From IMG/VR virus record IMGVR_UViG_3300001605_000011: DNA of 54,019 nucleotides; one strand, given 5' to 3'. A program made the position numbers and the translations under genes. Below the pieces are notes generated by a model. It saw only the letters and a program-made list of their open reading frames with translations, did not search any database and was not told the origin of the DNA. Origin of the DNA: an uncultured virus (IMG/VR IMGVR_UViG_3300001605_000011) (lineage: Duplodnaviria > Heunggongvirae > Uroviricota > Caudoviricetes). This document shows, piece after piece, positions 43,923 through 54,019 of this stretch. Numbering within the stretch: position 1 is the first letter of the stretch; each line of letters opens with the position of its first letter.

Positions 43923-44521
43923 TTAGCCCAACAACCAGCGGTACTTGTCACGCAACTTTGCGAACGACTGCAGTTTTTGCTCGATTTCTTGCTGCTTAGC
44001 CTGTGCTGGTCGTACCATGGTCTGAATCGGTCGGGTGACGTCGTACTCAGAACCGGCAGCACTTTGAACACCGCGAATAACCGGAACAGCAGCACCGTAC
44101 GCAGTTGCATTGCGTAGGCCTGTACCGAGCAAGCCTTTATTGCGTAGTAGTGTGTACACGTAGGACGGTCCGCGGGAGAAGCCACTTGCCGCCCCCAACA
44201 CCCCGACCAACCACTGCCCCTGCTCCGGGCGAATCTACCCCAGTCATGGTTCCGAACGCGGAATCCGCACCATGACCAGTAACTGTACCCGCCAGACCCG
44301 ACCCGCCTACGCGTAACGCCAGTATTTCGGCTGCCGACAGCGGTCGACTTTTTNCCNTTCAGTCAGCGACAACAACTTTGCCCGATCCACGCCGCTGTCT
44401 GCTTAGCTACGTTCAGCAATCCGCCGACAGCCACTTTCTGGCGACCAGCGGCAGTGTTACTGATGTTCCTGCCGACATCCCGTCGTGTTGCCAACTTGTA
44501 CGCGCGATATAGCTCACTCAT
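43923..44521 (-). CDS. Gly-rich putative virion protein, broken by Ns or indels
   Basis: ATG at 44521 (MSELYRAYKLATRR...QKVAVGG); C-terminal part is ORF 43923..44210. Confidence 0.5.
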
Positions 44522-45366
44522 CGTATGTTTCCGTTGTAAATGTCTTCAAGTCGCTGTGCGTAGATTTGCTTGGTAGCATCTGCCGTCTGCGCCACTCGCA
44601 TAAAGTTAGCTTCACCACCCGTAATTGCTTCCTGCACTGAACCAAGCATCGCCAGGTCAGCCAGGCGTTTTAACGGAGGTGCTACCCACTGGTCAAGATG
44701 CTTTCGAGTGTCCCCTTTGGTTGTTAGCCGTCGCAACACCTGCATCGGGTGGTTTTTGTTACCTCGCACTGCCGCAGACGTACCAGCTCTACGGGCAGCT
44801 CGTGCTAGCCATGGATTGGCTGCACCAATCAATGTCCCGGCCAGCATGCCTAAGCCATTTGACTCGAAACCTGGATACTCAACGGCAGCATCAACGCCTG
44901 CACCAGCGTAGCCACCTGCCATCCCGCCGCTAATTGCTCGTGTAAGCATAGGCGACGTTCGACGACTGAACGCTCGCGTCAGATTTGTAATGGTACCGGT
45001 TATACCTTTCGCTGAGCGTACCGGGCCGCTCACGGTATTAAAGCCGACTGGAGCTTTGTACGCCCCGGCCCTGCCGAACCTTGCAGCACGCATAAGCGGG
45101 CTAAACATCTGTGGTTTAAGCGGCATCGCTAGTTTTTGCTGTGATGCTGCCTTAATCGGCGAAAACGCGGTCAGCTCTTCCGTAGACTTGCCTACAGGCA
45201 TTATCGACGGGCCGAACATTGCCTCGCGTGCTTTCTGAATAGCCTTGAACTGTGCCGTCGGTTTTGGCAACACACGGACTACACCAGCGCCTGGTACGTC
45301 AAAGATATTGACGCTTCTCATCGCTGTCTTAGTCAGTGTCGTCTGCATGTCACGTTGCCTTGGCAA
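44518..45366 (-). CDS. Glycine-zipper putative internal virion protein
   Basis: GGMAGGYAGAG and GLGMLAGTLIG; KTA, KAA and KLA motifs. Confidence 0.65.
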   Translation of the reverse strand: MPRQRDMQTTLTKTAMRSVNIFDVPGAGVVRVLPKPTAQFKAIQKAREAMFGPSIMPVGKSTEELTAFSPIKAASQQKLAMPLKPQMFSPLMRAARFGRAGAYKAPVGFNTVSGPVRSAKGITGTITNLTRAFSRRTSPMLTRAISGGMAGGYAGAGVDAAVEYPGFESNGLGMLAGTLIGAANPWLARAARRAGTSAAVRGNKNHPMQVLRRLTTKGDTRKHLDQWVAPPLKRLADLAMLGSVQEAITGGEANFMRVAQTADATKQIYAQRLEDIYNGNIR

Positions 45367-45568
45367 ACCTTGTCTTTCCGCTGCGGAATACGGTCACTAC
45401 TCTACCAGACGTCTCTAGCCTACGCAAAGCGTCGCGTACAGCTTTTCTGGTCGGTGGCGTGCCCAGCACATTTAGGACATGAGTACCCGAGACAACCTCG
45501 TCCACGGTGTTCCACTCCCGTAGGCTCACGGCCTCTAGTACCAGCTCTTCGTCGCATTCTTTTTGCAT
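45350..45568 (-). CDS. Small winged-helix-like protein
   Basis: TRKAVRDALRRLETSGRVV. Confidence 0.5.
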   Translation of the reverse strand: MQKECDEELVLEAVSLREWNTVDEVVSGTHVLNVLGTPPTRKAVRDALRRLETSGRVVTVFRSGKTRFAKAT

Positions 45569-45571
45569 GAT

Positions 45572-46087
45572 CTAATCCAGTGAAAACAAGTCGTCTCTGT
45601 CGTCGTCAAAAGCCTCGCGTACAGCGGTATCCCCGCCGAACTCGTCATCTTCTTTGAACACCTGGCCGGTGAGCAGGCTGTCTTTAGCATCCGCCGGCGT
45701 ACGGGGTACGCCGAACAACGCGTTTGTCTCGCTGTCCACGACACGGGCTACCCCGTAATCGCTCACAATGGCCAGCTGCTTGCCGGTGAACAGAAATGGC
45801 CTGAAGTCTTCTGGCAATGCGTTATCTGCCGCCTGTTGTAGTTTCTCGTCAACCTCCTTCAGACTCGAACACACCTCGCAGCGTGGCTGACTCCCCAAAG
45901 AAGCCAGTACCAGAAAGTACTGCGGATGCTCGGCTGTTTTCGCTGCCACCGTCTGTTTTGGTTGCGTGGCTTCCTTGGGAGCGATCCGCTTGACCTTCCG
46001 TAGCGGCGGCTTCGGTAGGACTACCCGGCGCTTCAGCGGGGTCTCTGGTTGTACCTCGCCCACCAATTTGAACCTCGGATCTGCCAC
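45572..46087 (-). CDS. Hypothetical protein
   Basis: 171 aa with acidic C-terminal tail. Confidence 0.6.
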   Translation of the reverse strand: MADPRFKLVGEVQPETPLKRRVVLPKPPLRKVKRIAPKEATQPKQTVAAKTAEHPQYFLVLASLGSQPRCEVCSSLKEVDEKLQQAADNALPEDFRPFLFTGKQLAIVSDYGVARVVDSETNALFGVPRTPADAKDSLLTGQVFKEDDEFGGDTAVREAFDDDRDDLFSLD

Positions 46088-46233
46088 GGTTATTCACCTT
46101 CTCCTTGTACGCCAACGTTATCACGCAGGAGGCCGCGACCGCAGTACCGTCGACACACGCCTGCGTGCTTATCGTAATTGCACTGGCGTTCATGACCCGC
46201 ACGTCAGGCCCTGTCGACAGCGCTGTCATCTGC

Positions 46234-47103
46234 TCAGCCATCCTGTTCGTCAACGTGGTTACCAGCTGCTGGTAATCCGTCACTGACATCGTCGTACTTT
46301 CGATTACGCCAGACAGCATTATCGGTACTGTCTTCGTCACCACCCGCAACATTTGGTCCGAATGAGCCGTCATGTCCGAGTATCTCCTCTTGTTTGGCGA
46401 ACGGATCGGTATGTCCTTCAATAAACGCTGCCGCCGTGAGCATAGCACGCAGCTCCGGCAATGAATCCGCTGGCACGGTCTGCCAAGGGGGCGTGGTCGT
46501 GTACACCAGCTTTACTCGCGTTATCAGCGGTTTATTACCCTTCGGCACAAAATAGGCAAAGTGGTCCTGGCGGAAGAGCACCAACGCATACAGGTCAAAT
46601 GTCAGTTTGCTTGGATCGTCAATGACTCGCGATGTCGGTATCGTCGGATCCACCATGGTGATTCGTTGTGTACGCATCACCCAATTGTACTTACCGTCGA
46701 ATAACGTGACCGCACGCCAGCAATTGCTGAGCGTCCGCAGCTCATTCGCAGGCACGCCGAATAAAACGTTACCAGGTAGTCGCACGTCTGTCTTGACGTG
46801 TGAAAAGTCAAAGATTTCCTTGTCAAACACGACACACACGTGATCTGTCGGTACACCGAAACGTAGCCCAGGCTCCGTGACTACCGGCACCTCGAGATCA
46901 GGAAACTGTATGTAAACAGGAAAGGGCATGATCCACGCGTAGCGGCTTTGTCCCTGCCGAAGCGAAACAACCTCTTTGATGTTGATGACCCGCGGCGTTG
47001 CTATGTCTGTTATGACCTGCCCCGCCGAGGACACGCCTGGTTTCACCGGCCGTTGCTGCGTCATGCTAAGTACCGTTGCCCGTGTGTCTTTAGGTAGTGA
47101 CAT
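46234..47103 (-). CDS. Hypothetical protein
   Basis: 289 aa ORF. Confidence 0.6.
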   Translation of the reverse strand: MSLPKDTRATVLSMTQQRPVKPGVSSAGQVITDIATPRVINIKEVVSLRQGQSRYAWIMPFPVYIQFPDLEVPVVTEPGLRFGVPTDHVCVVFDKEIFDFSHVKTDVRLPGNVLFGVPANELRTLSNCWRAVTLFDGKYNWVMRTQRITMVDPTIPTSRVIDDPSKLTFDLYALVLFRQDHFAYFVPKGNKPLITRVKLVYTTTPPWQTVPADSLPELRAMLTAAAFIEGHTDPFAKQEEILGHDGSFGPNVAGGDEDSTDNAVWRNRKYDDVSDGLPAAGNHVDEQDG

Positions 47104-47714
47104 AGCAGTAAGGACTCCGCCATGTCATGGCTGGCCAGCAGCTCCGCTGGCGCTCTCGGGTAGAGTTGTCCGGCCATCTCCATACTCTTATCTTTGTCGC
47201 CCTTCAGCTTCAACCCGGCACGCCAGGAGGTAGCCGACACCTCCGCGAAGTCACAGCCTGCCACCTTGAAGGCGGTATACCAGGCGTTTTGACACCGGCC
47301 ACTACCAAAGTGGGATGCTACGGACTCGAAATGTCCTCGAGCCCGCTGCATCCCGGCCCCCGATGTTTTCAGGGGGGCCTCTATCAGAAAGAACAGGCCG
47401 CTGTAGCCCGCAACTGCTGCCTTTGCTGCTAGCTCCGTAATGTCGTAAAGCAACTGTGCTGTGTTAAAACATCGTGTCGACCGCGGTTTCAACTCACCTG
47501 CGTTGCGACCAACCTTGAAGCGTTTTTTGGCCAACGCGACCTTCGATTTACTCACGAGTGACTTCTCTCTCGCGAGGTCAGCCTCGAACGTCCGCACGTG
47601 TACAGCGTACGTCGGCACAGTTTTGAAGTAAAACACCTCGCTACTGTCGACGGCCACCATGCCGCCTTTTGCTCCGAAGTCGATACCTACTGGCATCAGT
47701 CGCGTCGCAGGCAT
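47061..47714 (-). CDS. RuvC-like Holliday junction resolvase
   Basis: VGIDFGAKGG, FLIEAP, VSATSWR, KDKSM, HDMAESLLL. Confidence 0.8.
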   Translation of the reverse strand: MPATRLMPVGIDFGAKGGMVAVDSSEVFYFKTVPTYAVHVRTFEADLAREKSLVSKSKVALAKKRFKVGRNAGELKPRSTRCFNTAQLLYDITELAAKAAVAGYSGLFFLIEAPLKTSGAGMQRARGHFESVASHFGSGRCQNAWYTAFKVAGCDFAEVSATSWRAGLKLKGDKDKSMEMAGQLYPRAPAELLASHDMAESLLLCHYLKTHGQRYLA

Positions 47715-48394
47715 TACGCGCTTCCCGCTTTACCGATGCCAGCCACCGTCGTCGCGATCTTCTGCTGCCCACTAGTGCTGACAACCGTCGTCAGCATGCC
47801 GCTGATCTCGTCATCGCTTAGCCCGAGCATTCGCGAATACGCTACAGCACTCTCTAGCACCGAACGAGCCTGTCTTGCTAACCCCAGCTTCTGGTCCGCT
47901 AGACGTACTGTCTCTGCAGTTGCTACGACAATGTCGTCGCCCAGTGCTCCGGGGTACCCGCCGAGCATCCGTCGCATAGTGGCAGAGGCCCATACACCCG
48001 CAGCGAAGTAGTAACCAAAGACAGCCATGTAGATGATCTTCGCATCTTCGTCGAGCGAATCCCAGTCTACCGCAGTCAAGGCTTCCCCCACGTTGGCGTG
48101 CAGCATACTGCTGTCTTCCTTCGTGAAGGTATCCGTGCGGTTAAACATTGTCGCGAGGGCTTTGTGCACTGCCGCGATCTTCTCCATCATTTCTTCGTCC
48201 GTACTGCTACCCCGCAGCCTCGCGAACAGTTTCGGCCAGAACTTGTTGTGGCACATCGCCGGAATGTGGTGCATTGCCTTCGGCAGCATCACCAACACGT
48301 CAGACTGCAGCACCCGGACTTCCCCGGTTGTCGGGTTGCGTTCGCCCAGCACGCCACGCATTATCTTATCGAACAGCTCGCTATACGGGATCAC
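47714..48394 (-). CDS. Hypothetical protein
   Basis: 226 aa, coupled to neighbours. Confidence 0.65.
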   Translation of the reverse strand: MIPYSELFDKIMRGVLGERNPTTGEVRVLQSDVLVMLPKAMHHIPAMCHNKFWPKLFARLRGSSTDEEMMEKIAAVHKALATMFNRTDTFTKEDSSMLHANVGEALTAVDWDSLDEDAKIIYMAVFGYYFAAGVWASATMRRMLGGYPGALGDDIVVATAETVRLADQKLGLARQARSVLESAVAYSRMLGLSDDEISGMLTTVVSTSGQQKIATTVAGIGKAGSA

Positions 48395-49217
48395 TTGGCA
48401 CCTGTAGAAAGTTGGTGATAACTGGCAATACCGCCAGACCGCATTCGTTGGTACCTACGCGGCACCGGAAGCAGTCCACGGACATACCGTACGGACACGG
48501 TGTACACGCCCTGGAGCGCTTACGCACCAGAGCTACATTTTTTGTCAACAATGACTGCGTCACGCTGACCCTTTCGATTTTTGTGCCAGACANTCCGGCC
48601 TCCACGGTCAACACNCACCGCAGTCCTGCAAGCTGATACGGTGTCTTGTACCCNCATCGGCGAACTGGTCCAACCATGGCAAAGTAATGCCAACGTGCTG
48701 CTCTGATTTTTATCACGTCTTCGATGATCTTACCAGCCAGCGGCCCGCTCTCAACGTGGTACACCAGCTTGGCATTGTCGTCATCTTTGTCGTCGCTGCG
48801 ACGCGTAACGTACACCAGCCGGGCATAGGCCATGTGCGACAACACCCCGTCACCGCGGTTGGGTACGGCTAGACCGGCACGGATCCGCTCGTAGTTGGCC
48901 GCTAGCCTGTAAAACGACTGCCGCATGACTTTTGCGTTTGTCCAGTCGTCGTCCAGCACTGATACACGTAATACACGAACAGTCTCCTGCAAGTGCTTAC
49001 CCACCAGTGCGTGGCTCGCCGCGGGTAGCCACTGCTCTTTCCTATCTTCCACGTCTTTTACGTGAGATAGTTCGCTGTGTGCCGCCCACAGCCTCTCGAA
49101 GATGCTCCTTATCTTCTTTGCGGCGAACGGCGGCATCTTTACTAGTCTGTCCTTAAAGTCCATTTGCTTCAGCATAGTGTGCGTAAAATGTTTCAGGATC
49201 GACCACCGCGGTGTCAT
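48381..49217 (-). CDS. Hypothetical protein with C-terminal Cys cluster
   Basis: CTPCPYGMSVDCFRCRVGTNEC. Confidence 0.6.
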   Translation of the reverse strand: MTPRWSILKHFTHTMLKQMDFKDRLVKMPPFAAKKIRSIFERLWAAHSELSHVKDVEDRKEQWLPAASHALVGKHLQETVRVLRVSVLDDDWTNAKVMRQSFYRLAANYERIRAGLAVPNRGDGVLSHMAYARLVYVTRRSDDKDDDNAKLVYHVESGPLAGKIIEDVIKIRAARWHYFAMVGPVRRXGYKTPYQLAGLRXVLTVEAGXSGTKIERVSVTQSLLTKNVALVRKRSRACTPCPYGMSVDCFRCRVGTNECGLAVLPVITNFLQVPSDPV

Positions 49218-49632
49218 AGCCTGGTCGCACCACTAGTAGCTGCCCTTCGGCTGTTTCCCCCATGTAGGACACAACAGCCGAGCTATGCAACACGGCACCG
49301 AATACTCTTCCCCCAGCAATAATCTCGGGCTTGCTGTACGCCTGCAGCTCTGCTCCAACATCACACGCGTGTTTGATGACTTCTGGCGGTATGCCAGCGT
49401 TTGCCGCGTGTGCCACAGCATCCAGCAATTGTTCCAGTGCTGCCCGCTCTAGATCAGTGTTGTACCGGACGCGTAGTGGTTCCGTGTAAGTCAGACTACC
49501 GACCACCGTCTTGTACGCGAAACCGCGTGCCGCCTCTCGTAGGCTGACGCGCATTCCCCGCATGTGCGGTTTGTCTCCGCGACGACTAAGCCCTACACGA
49601 AGGCTTAGTCGTCCGTCATTTTGTCTTCGCAT
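49153..49632 (-). CDS. Hypothetical protein
   Basis: 159 aa ORF. Confidence 0.55.
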   Translation of the reverse strand: MRRQNDGRLSLRVGLSRRGDKPHMRGMRVSLREAARGFAYKTVVGSLTYTEPLRVRYNTDLERAALEQLLDAVAHAANAGIPPEVIKHACDVGAELQAYSKPEIIAGGRVFGAVLHSSAVVSYMGETAEGQLLVVRPGYDTAVVDPETFYAHYAEANGL

Positions 49633-49638
49633 AACACA

Positions 49639-50634
49639 TCAAGCCTTGGGACGACTGACCACCTTCTTCGGTGCAGACGGCTTTGTCAGTGGGTTTGGCA
49701 CCTTTTTGAGAATCACGGCCTTGGGGCTTGCAGGCACTTTTGCCGTTTCAGCCGTTTTGGCGTTCATTCGCTTTTGGATATCCGTCGGAGACGGGTCGCC
49801 TGTCCCGGTTGACTCGTCCGCCTTCTCCTTGGCGAATCGACGATCCGCCTCAGTTTTTGCACTCGTCAGTCGAATTTCGGCGGCACGCACAACCAAAGAC
49901 ACTTTCGCCAGCTGCTCTAGCGTGCCCGCTATACGCTCGTTAAGTGTGGCCAAGTCACGACCTTTGACGGCCTCCACGCGTTCCGTGAACTCTTCGGAAA
50001 GCAGCTGTTCGCTGACCTCGAGCAGCGACGTTAGGCGTTTTTGTACGCTTCCAACCAACGCGGTCGGGCGTATGGCCTGGATATGCCGCTTGTCCGGTGG
50101 TGTCACTTCGCCAATCCGTAACATGCGGGTAATCTCAGACTGCAGCCGCGTAGCCGACAACCCCTCGGTGATCGCGCGGTCCAGCATGCTGTCCCGCATG
50201 GAATCATCGCCGATTGCTGCCAGCTTGATCAGGTGCGTCTTGGAGATAGTGATACTGCCCGGCTGTACCGTCTCGTTGTGTGACTTGACCTTGGCCACCA
50301 TATCCGCCGTGATGTGCAGACCAACCTGCTTAAAGTCCACACGCCGCACGTTGTCGATGCCGAGGACGTCAAACAATGCGTCCAAGGCCAACCGACCGTC
50401 AGTAGTGCCAGGCCCCGCCACGGTTTTGGTCGCGTCTTCCGGGTTTTTGGACACCGCAGCAACCTGCCTGGCTTGCCAGTAAAAGGTGTCGAGCGATCCG
50501 TCAACACTTCTCTTTTCCCGCCGCAACCACTCATCCGCCAGCCGCTTCATGTTTGGCGGCAAGCTGTTGTACAACGCTTTACGTGTTGCGTTATTGTCTT
50601 CTGCCGGCTCGGACATCATCGTAACTGCCATCAT
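49639..50634 (-). CDS. Hypothetical protein with a ParB/KorB-like helical region
   Basis: ISKTHLIKLAAIGDDSMRDSMLDRAITEGLSATRLQSEI. Confidence 0.55.
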   Translation of the reverse strand: MMAVTMMSEPAEDNNATRKALYNSLPPNMKRLADEWLRREKRSVDGSLDTFYWQARQVAAVSKNPEDATKTVAGPGTTDGRLALDALFDVLGIDNVRRVDFKQVGLHITADMVAKVKSHNETVQPGSITISKTHLIKLAAIGDDSMRDSMLDRAITEGLSATRLQSEITRMLRIGEVTPPDKRHIQAIRPTALVGSVQKRLTSLLEVSEQLLSEEFTERVEAVKGRDLATLNERIAGTLEQLAKVSLVVRAAEIRLTSAKTEADRRFAKEKADESTGTGDPSPTDIQKRMNAKTAETAKVPASPKAVILKKVPNPLTKPSAPKKVVSRPKA

Positions 50635-51720
50635 TACCCCTCAAAATTGAAAACTAACCCGAAGGCCAACTGCCGCAAGCTTATGGAACGCCCACAAGGT
50701 TTGCAGTCGGCCACACTACAACACGCGTCATACAGCGTGGCAATTGACGGCCTCGCCTGTTTTTCTGACGTAGCCACACCGAACGCGTCAATAGCCGCTG
50801 TCAGATCTGCGGAACTCACGCCGTGCGAAACCGCACGGGACATTAGTCTGGTGTGTAATTTTGCCAGCGCGTTATCCGCTGGCGTCCTGATCAGGAGATC
50901 TTTGTTGGAGTTTTCGTACTCCGCTACGCTTCCTTCCAGCAGCTTTTGCTGCTTAGCCAGACTGTCTGGCAGCATCTGCATCTTATTGCGTATCTGCTTA
51001 GACCGTAAGTGCGGTATCCGCGTTTCCCGCGTAAACGGGCTAACTGACCAGTGACCAGTCTTTCGGTCGTACAAAACTACCGCCACGCGTATCGCTCTGC
51101 CCGCTGTTTCGCTGTTCTGCAGTACGATCCCCGCGTGCAGCTTATCTTTGATTGGCTTCTCCGCCAACAGCACCGCGGTCATCTCCCGTCCAAGCAGCTC
51201 ACCTATGAAAAACTTCGGCCTGCCACGCATGGCGTCGCAGGACTCGAGCAACATATCGAACACACTTGCATTGGTAACCAGGCGATACTTGGCCCCCACG
51301 AAACCGTCTAGCTGCTTGCGTGTCTCGCAGCATACCGAGCTTTTTTGTCACCAAGGCGTGTTCCTGTAGTACGGCCACCCTGTTGACTATCTCCGCGGCT
51401 ATCTTAGCCACCTTGTCACTGCCGGTAACATTTTTGGTACTCGTCTCGACGTACCGCAGCATCTGGTACAAGCCGGGTGACATCGCCGAAAAGAGCTGAC
51501 TGCCGCCTGTCGGTGTCAGTCTGTATTTACCACCCACGCGAGCTTCTTTCCCGAGAAACGCATCTTTAGCCGCCTCGACCGTAATCAGGCGTAACGTGGC
51601 ACTGTCGGACGTCAGCATAGCTTTGAACTCCTGCTGACGTCCTATACCCAGCGATACGCGACGCGTGGCGTCAAATATCGATTTCACTCGGCGAAAGCCT
51701 CCAGCCCAGTCTTTCCGCAA
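50634..51720 (-). CDS. DUF932-like protein, probably one gene split by an indel near 51300
   Basis: YRLTPTGGSQL...; GAKYRLVTNASV...GIVLQNSETAGRAIRV. Confidence 0.5.
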
Positions 51721-52318
51721 ATTGCTTGACTGGTTCGATTGTTATCGCGATCGGCTGCGGCAACGTGCCGCTGTCGTGCTCTTCCGCAGCTTCGTCGCTG
51801 TCCTTCTTTTTGCGGACACGCTCTGCTTTTGTCCTATCGACTACCACACGGAAAAACCTGTTTCCGGGGTTGTCGTCAAAGTCGTGCCCTGCGTTGTGTA
51901 ACACCATCGTACCAGCGTTCGGCCACCGTACCAACTGCACTACGGCACGCGGTCCGATCTCTGCAGAGTATGCCGATACTGCCTGGCAAAACTGCCGGAT
52001 GAGCGGCAGTTCCGCCAAACCTTTTGTTCCGAGCAGTACGCTCAGGCCGGCACTGTCCCGCAAATTTAACTTGCGTTGGTCATGCAAGTACACGGGGTAC
52101 TCTGGCATAACTGCCATGATGTCATCCACGGTAGGCCTACTCCTACCGTAAGACCGGGCAAACTGCCGCAGCTTTGCTCGTATGTCGAGTGAAAACTTGG
52201 CGGCCTCCATCCAGTCCGCCGCCAACGCCATGCTAGTGTCCAACGCCTCCAGCTCTTCTCTGGAATGCTGGGTCGTACCCTGCATGCGTACCGCAAACAG
52301 CTTAGGGTCTACTGCCAT
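51671..52318 (-). CDS. Hypothetical protein
   Basis: 215 aa ORF. Confidence 0.6.
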   Translation of the reverse strand: MAVDPKLFAVRMQGTTQHSREELEALDTSMALAADWMEAAKFSLDIRAKLRQFARSYGRSRPTVDDIMAVMPEYPVYLHDQRKLNLRDSAGLSVLLGTKGLAELPLIRQFCQAVSAYSAEIGPRAVVQLVRWPNAGTMVLHNAGHDFDDNPGNRFFRVVVDRTKAERVRKKKDSDEAAEEHDSGTLPQPIAITIEPVKQFAERLGWRLSPSEIDI

Positions 52319-52319
52319 A

Positions 52320-53939
52320 TCAACTACCGTCGTCCTCTAACGAGTCGTCTGCCATGTCATCAATGACCGTCATTTCTACGTCAATTACGTCATCGTACTC
52401 CGCTGTCGTACTGTCGTAGCTGTCGTCTTGCTGGTCATCCTTGTAGCGCTCGGTCGGGTCTAACTTGAGATTCACCCCGCCGTTAAGCTCGAGCCTCCGC
52501 TTGGCTGCCTCTAGGTACAGGTCAGCCTCCTTCTGTGCTTCCTTAAGTACACGCCGCATCTCAGACGAATACGACGTGCCACCTACCCATGCCTTACCTT
52601 CTGCGATATTGAAGGCACGCCGTATAGCCGAACGTACCGTGTCGTCCTCCTGAATCATGCGGCCCATGGTCCGCTTGTCCACGGCACCCGCGGCGTTCAT
52701 GCCGAAGTTTTTACTCCAGTACCGATCGCCCGTCACACGGCGTAAGTGAAAAAACTTGTCCATCTTACGCTCTGGGCTGTACGCGTCTGCTGCCTTGGAA
52801 AGCAGACGATGCTTTTTGATGTCTTTCCAATCCATCAGCAGATCAACCGTGGCTGAGTCCCAGTCCCACATGGTCTGCTGCAGCATGCCGCCTTTGGGAT
52901 CGTCCGGATTGCGTACCGCACGCCAACAGACGTCCACCAATATGTGGCGGTTATCTGTGCCTGCGCTATTTTTACCGTTATCCATTCGGATGCGGCGGTA
53001 CTGCACTTCAACACCGCCGGTGTCGTCCTGGTCAACCTCGATCCACGACCTCGTCATATGCAGAACCAGCTCGTAGGAATCCGAAAACTGGATCTGCTTT
53101 CCGCCGGGCTTACTGAACTCAACAGGTGCATGTGGCTGACTTGGATCTTTGGGCCGCTCCTTGCGATGGTTGATCAGGAAGAACAACCACGGCTCGTTCT
53201 GTATACAGCTGGCCAGGTACTTGATGAACTGCGTCAACTGCAACGCCTCTACCGGGAAGCTTCTCCCGGCCTCACCCTTCTTGGTGATTTTATCCATCGT
53301 TTCACGGGACAGTGCACCCATGATCGAATCGACTGCAACGATCACCGGGAACACGTCGCCGTACGGCTTGCCGGTCTGCGGGTTGATCGTTTCCTGCACA
53401 CGCTTGATGTTGTCCAAGCTTTCTCGCATCAGCTGCATAGCGTGATTCAGATCGTTCGCCTTTTTCATCAAGAACGAGTTCTGTCCTACGTCGTCCCAGC
53501 CGATAACACTACGTGCCGCGGTCTCCGAAGCCTTGCCTTCCGTAAGCACAGACTCCATCCACCCGTTAGCTGCACTGGCAATGCGACCGAACTCGTACAT
53601 CAGCATTGACTTACACGACATCGGCGGGCCGTTTGCCTCTAACATGACGCCGAGCGGCAGCACCTCCGTATCTAGCAGGAACTCCAAAGGCAGGGGCATG
53701 GATAGCCCAAGCTTCATGGGCTTCGACCTCGGGCGATACATCAGCGAAGTTTTTCGCTTGTTTGCATGCTCCACCAGAATCGCGTCCATGTACATCTGCC
53801 TAGCGAGTACCGCAGGATTCGCCAGCTGCCATACCCCCGTGTAGTCTTTTGCGGTAGTCTTCTTCGCTAGGTTTGGTCTTTTTGCCTTTATCCTGCGTTC
53901 GTCCCCCGTCTTTTTTGTCGGTAGNTGCTTGCTCGCCAT
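52320..53939 (-). CDS. RecA/UvsX-like recombinase (divergent)
   Basis: LPLGVMLEANGPPMSCKS (Walker A), VIVAVDSI (Walker B), FLINHRK, KPGGKQIQFS, GKN. Confidence 0.8.
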   Translation of the reverse strand: MASKXLPTKKTGDERRIKAKRPNLAKKTTAKDYTGVWQLANPAVLARQMYMDAILVEHANKRKTSLMYRPRSKPMKLGLSMPLPLEFLLDTEVLPLGVMLEANGPPMSCKSMLMYEFGRIASAANGWMESVLTEGKASETAARSVIGWDDVGQNSFLMKKANDLNHAMQLMRESLDNIKRVQETINPQTGKPYGDVFPVIVAVDSIMGALSRETMDKITKKGEAGRSFPVEALQLTQFIKYLASCIQNEPWLFFLINHRKERPKDPSQPHAPVEFSKPGGKQIQFSDSYELVLHMTRSWIEVDQDDTGGVEVQYRRIRMDNGKNSAGTDNRHILVDVCWRAVRNPDDPKGGMLQQTMWDWDSATVDLLMDWKDIKKHRLLSKAADAYSPERKMDKFFHLRRVTGDRYWSKNFGMNAAGAVDKRTMGRMIQEDDTVRSAIRRAFNIAEGKAWVGGTSYSSEMRRVLKEAQKEADLYLEAAKRRLELNGGVNLKLDPTERYKDDQQDDSYDSTTAEYDDVIDVEMTVIDDMADDSLEDDGS

Positions 53940-54019
53940 CTACCTTCTTGCGTATCACTCGTCTGACTGTTTTCTTTGCTGGTGCCACACTATTTTCCCG
54001 TTGTGAAGGGGCGACCGGC

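Noticed and set aside
1..54019. Long plus-strand ORFs (e.g. 35..727, 13077..13790, 16791..18026, 34722..35642, 49511..50482)
   Set aside because: They are antisense shadows of coherent, tightly packed minus-strand genes or of structured intergenic DNA, and show no recognisable motifs
1..54019. Alternative genetic code (stop-codon recoding)
   Set aside because: Genes ending in TAA, TAG and TGA all abut the next start, and conserved proteins are broken by frame changes rather than in-frame stops

Overview
This 54 kb window looks like part of a large (jumbo-type) tailed bacteriophage genome. Essentially every real gene is on the minus strand, and the plus-strand ORFs are shadows. A PEP-CTERM protein suggests a Gram-negative host with an exosortase (Planctomycetota/Verrucomicrobiota-like; inference). 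Reading in the direction of transcription (right to left): (1) a recombination block with a RecA-like protein, a DUF932-like protein and a RuvC-like resolvase; (2) Gly/Ala-rich putative internal virion proteins with a recurring K-x-A motif, plus a 2H phosphoesterase and a GP88-like protein; (3) a bacterial-type RNA polymerase with beta fused to the N-terminal half of beta', a GGDNDGD active site and two LAGLIDADG inteins; (4) a GHKL-ATPase / DUF6745 / rIIA-like / exonuclease / MYG1 block; (5) about 23 kb of small accessory genes. Non-coding structure includes ten dispersed copies of the palindrome CCGGCGCT-TG-AGCGCCGG, a bipartite promoter-like motif present twice, a run of genes whose stop codons sit inside a TGAC-N8-ATCGATAA motif, and two tRNA-like elements beside a 53-bp direct repeat. 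The sequence has Ns and several likely single-base indel errors, so apparent frameshifts need caution. All family calls are from motif recognition, not database searches.
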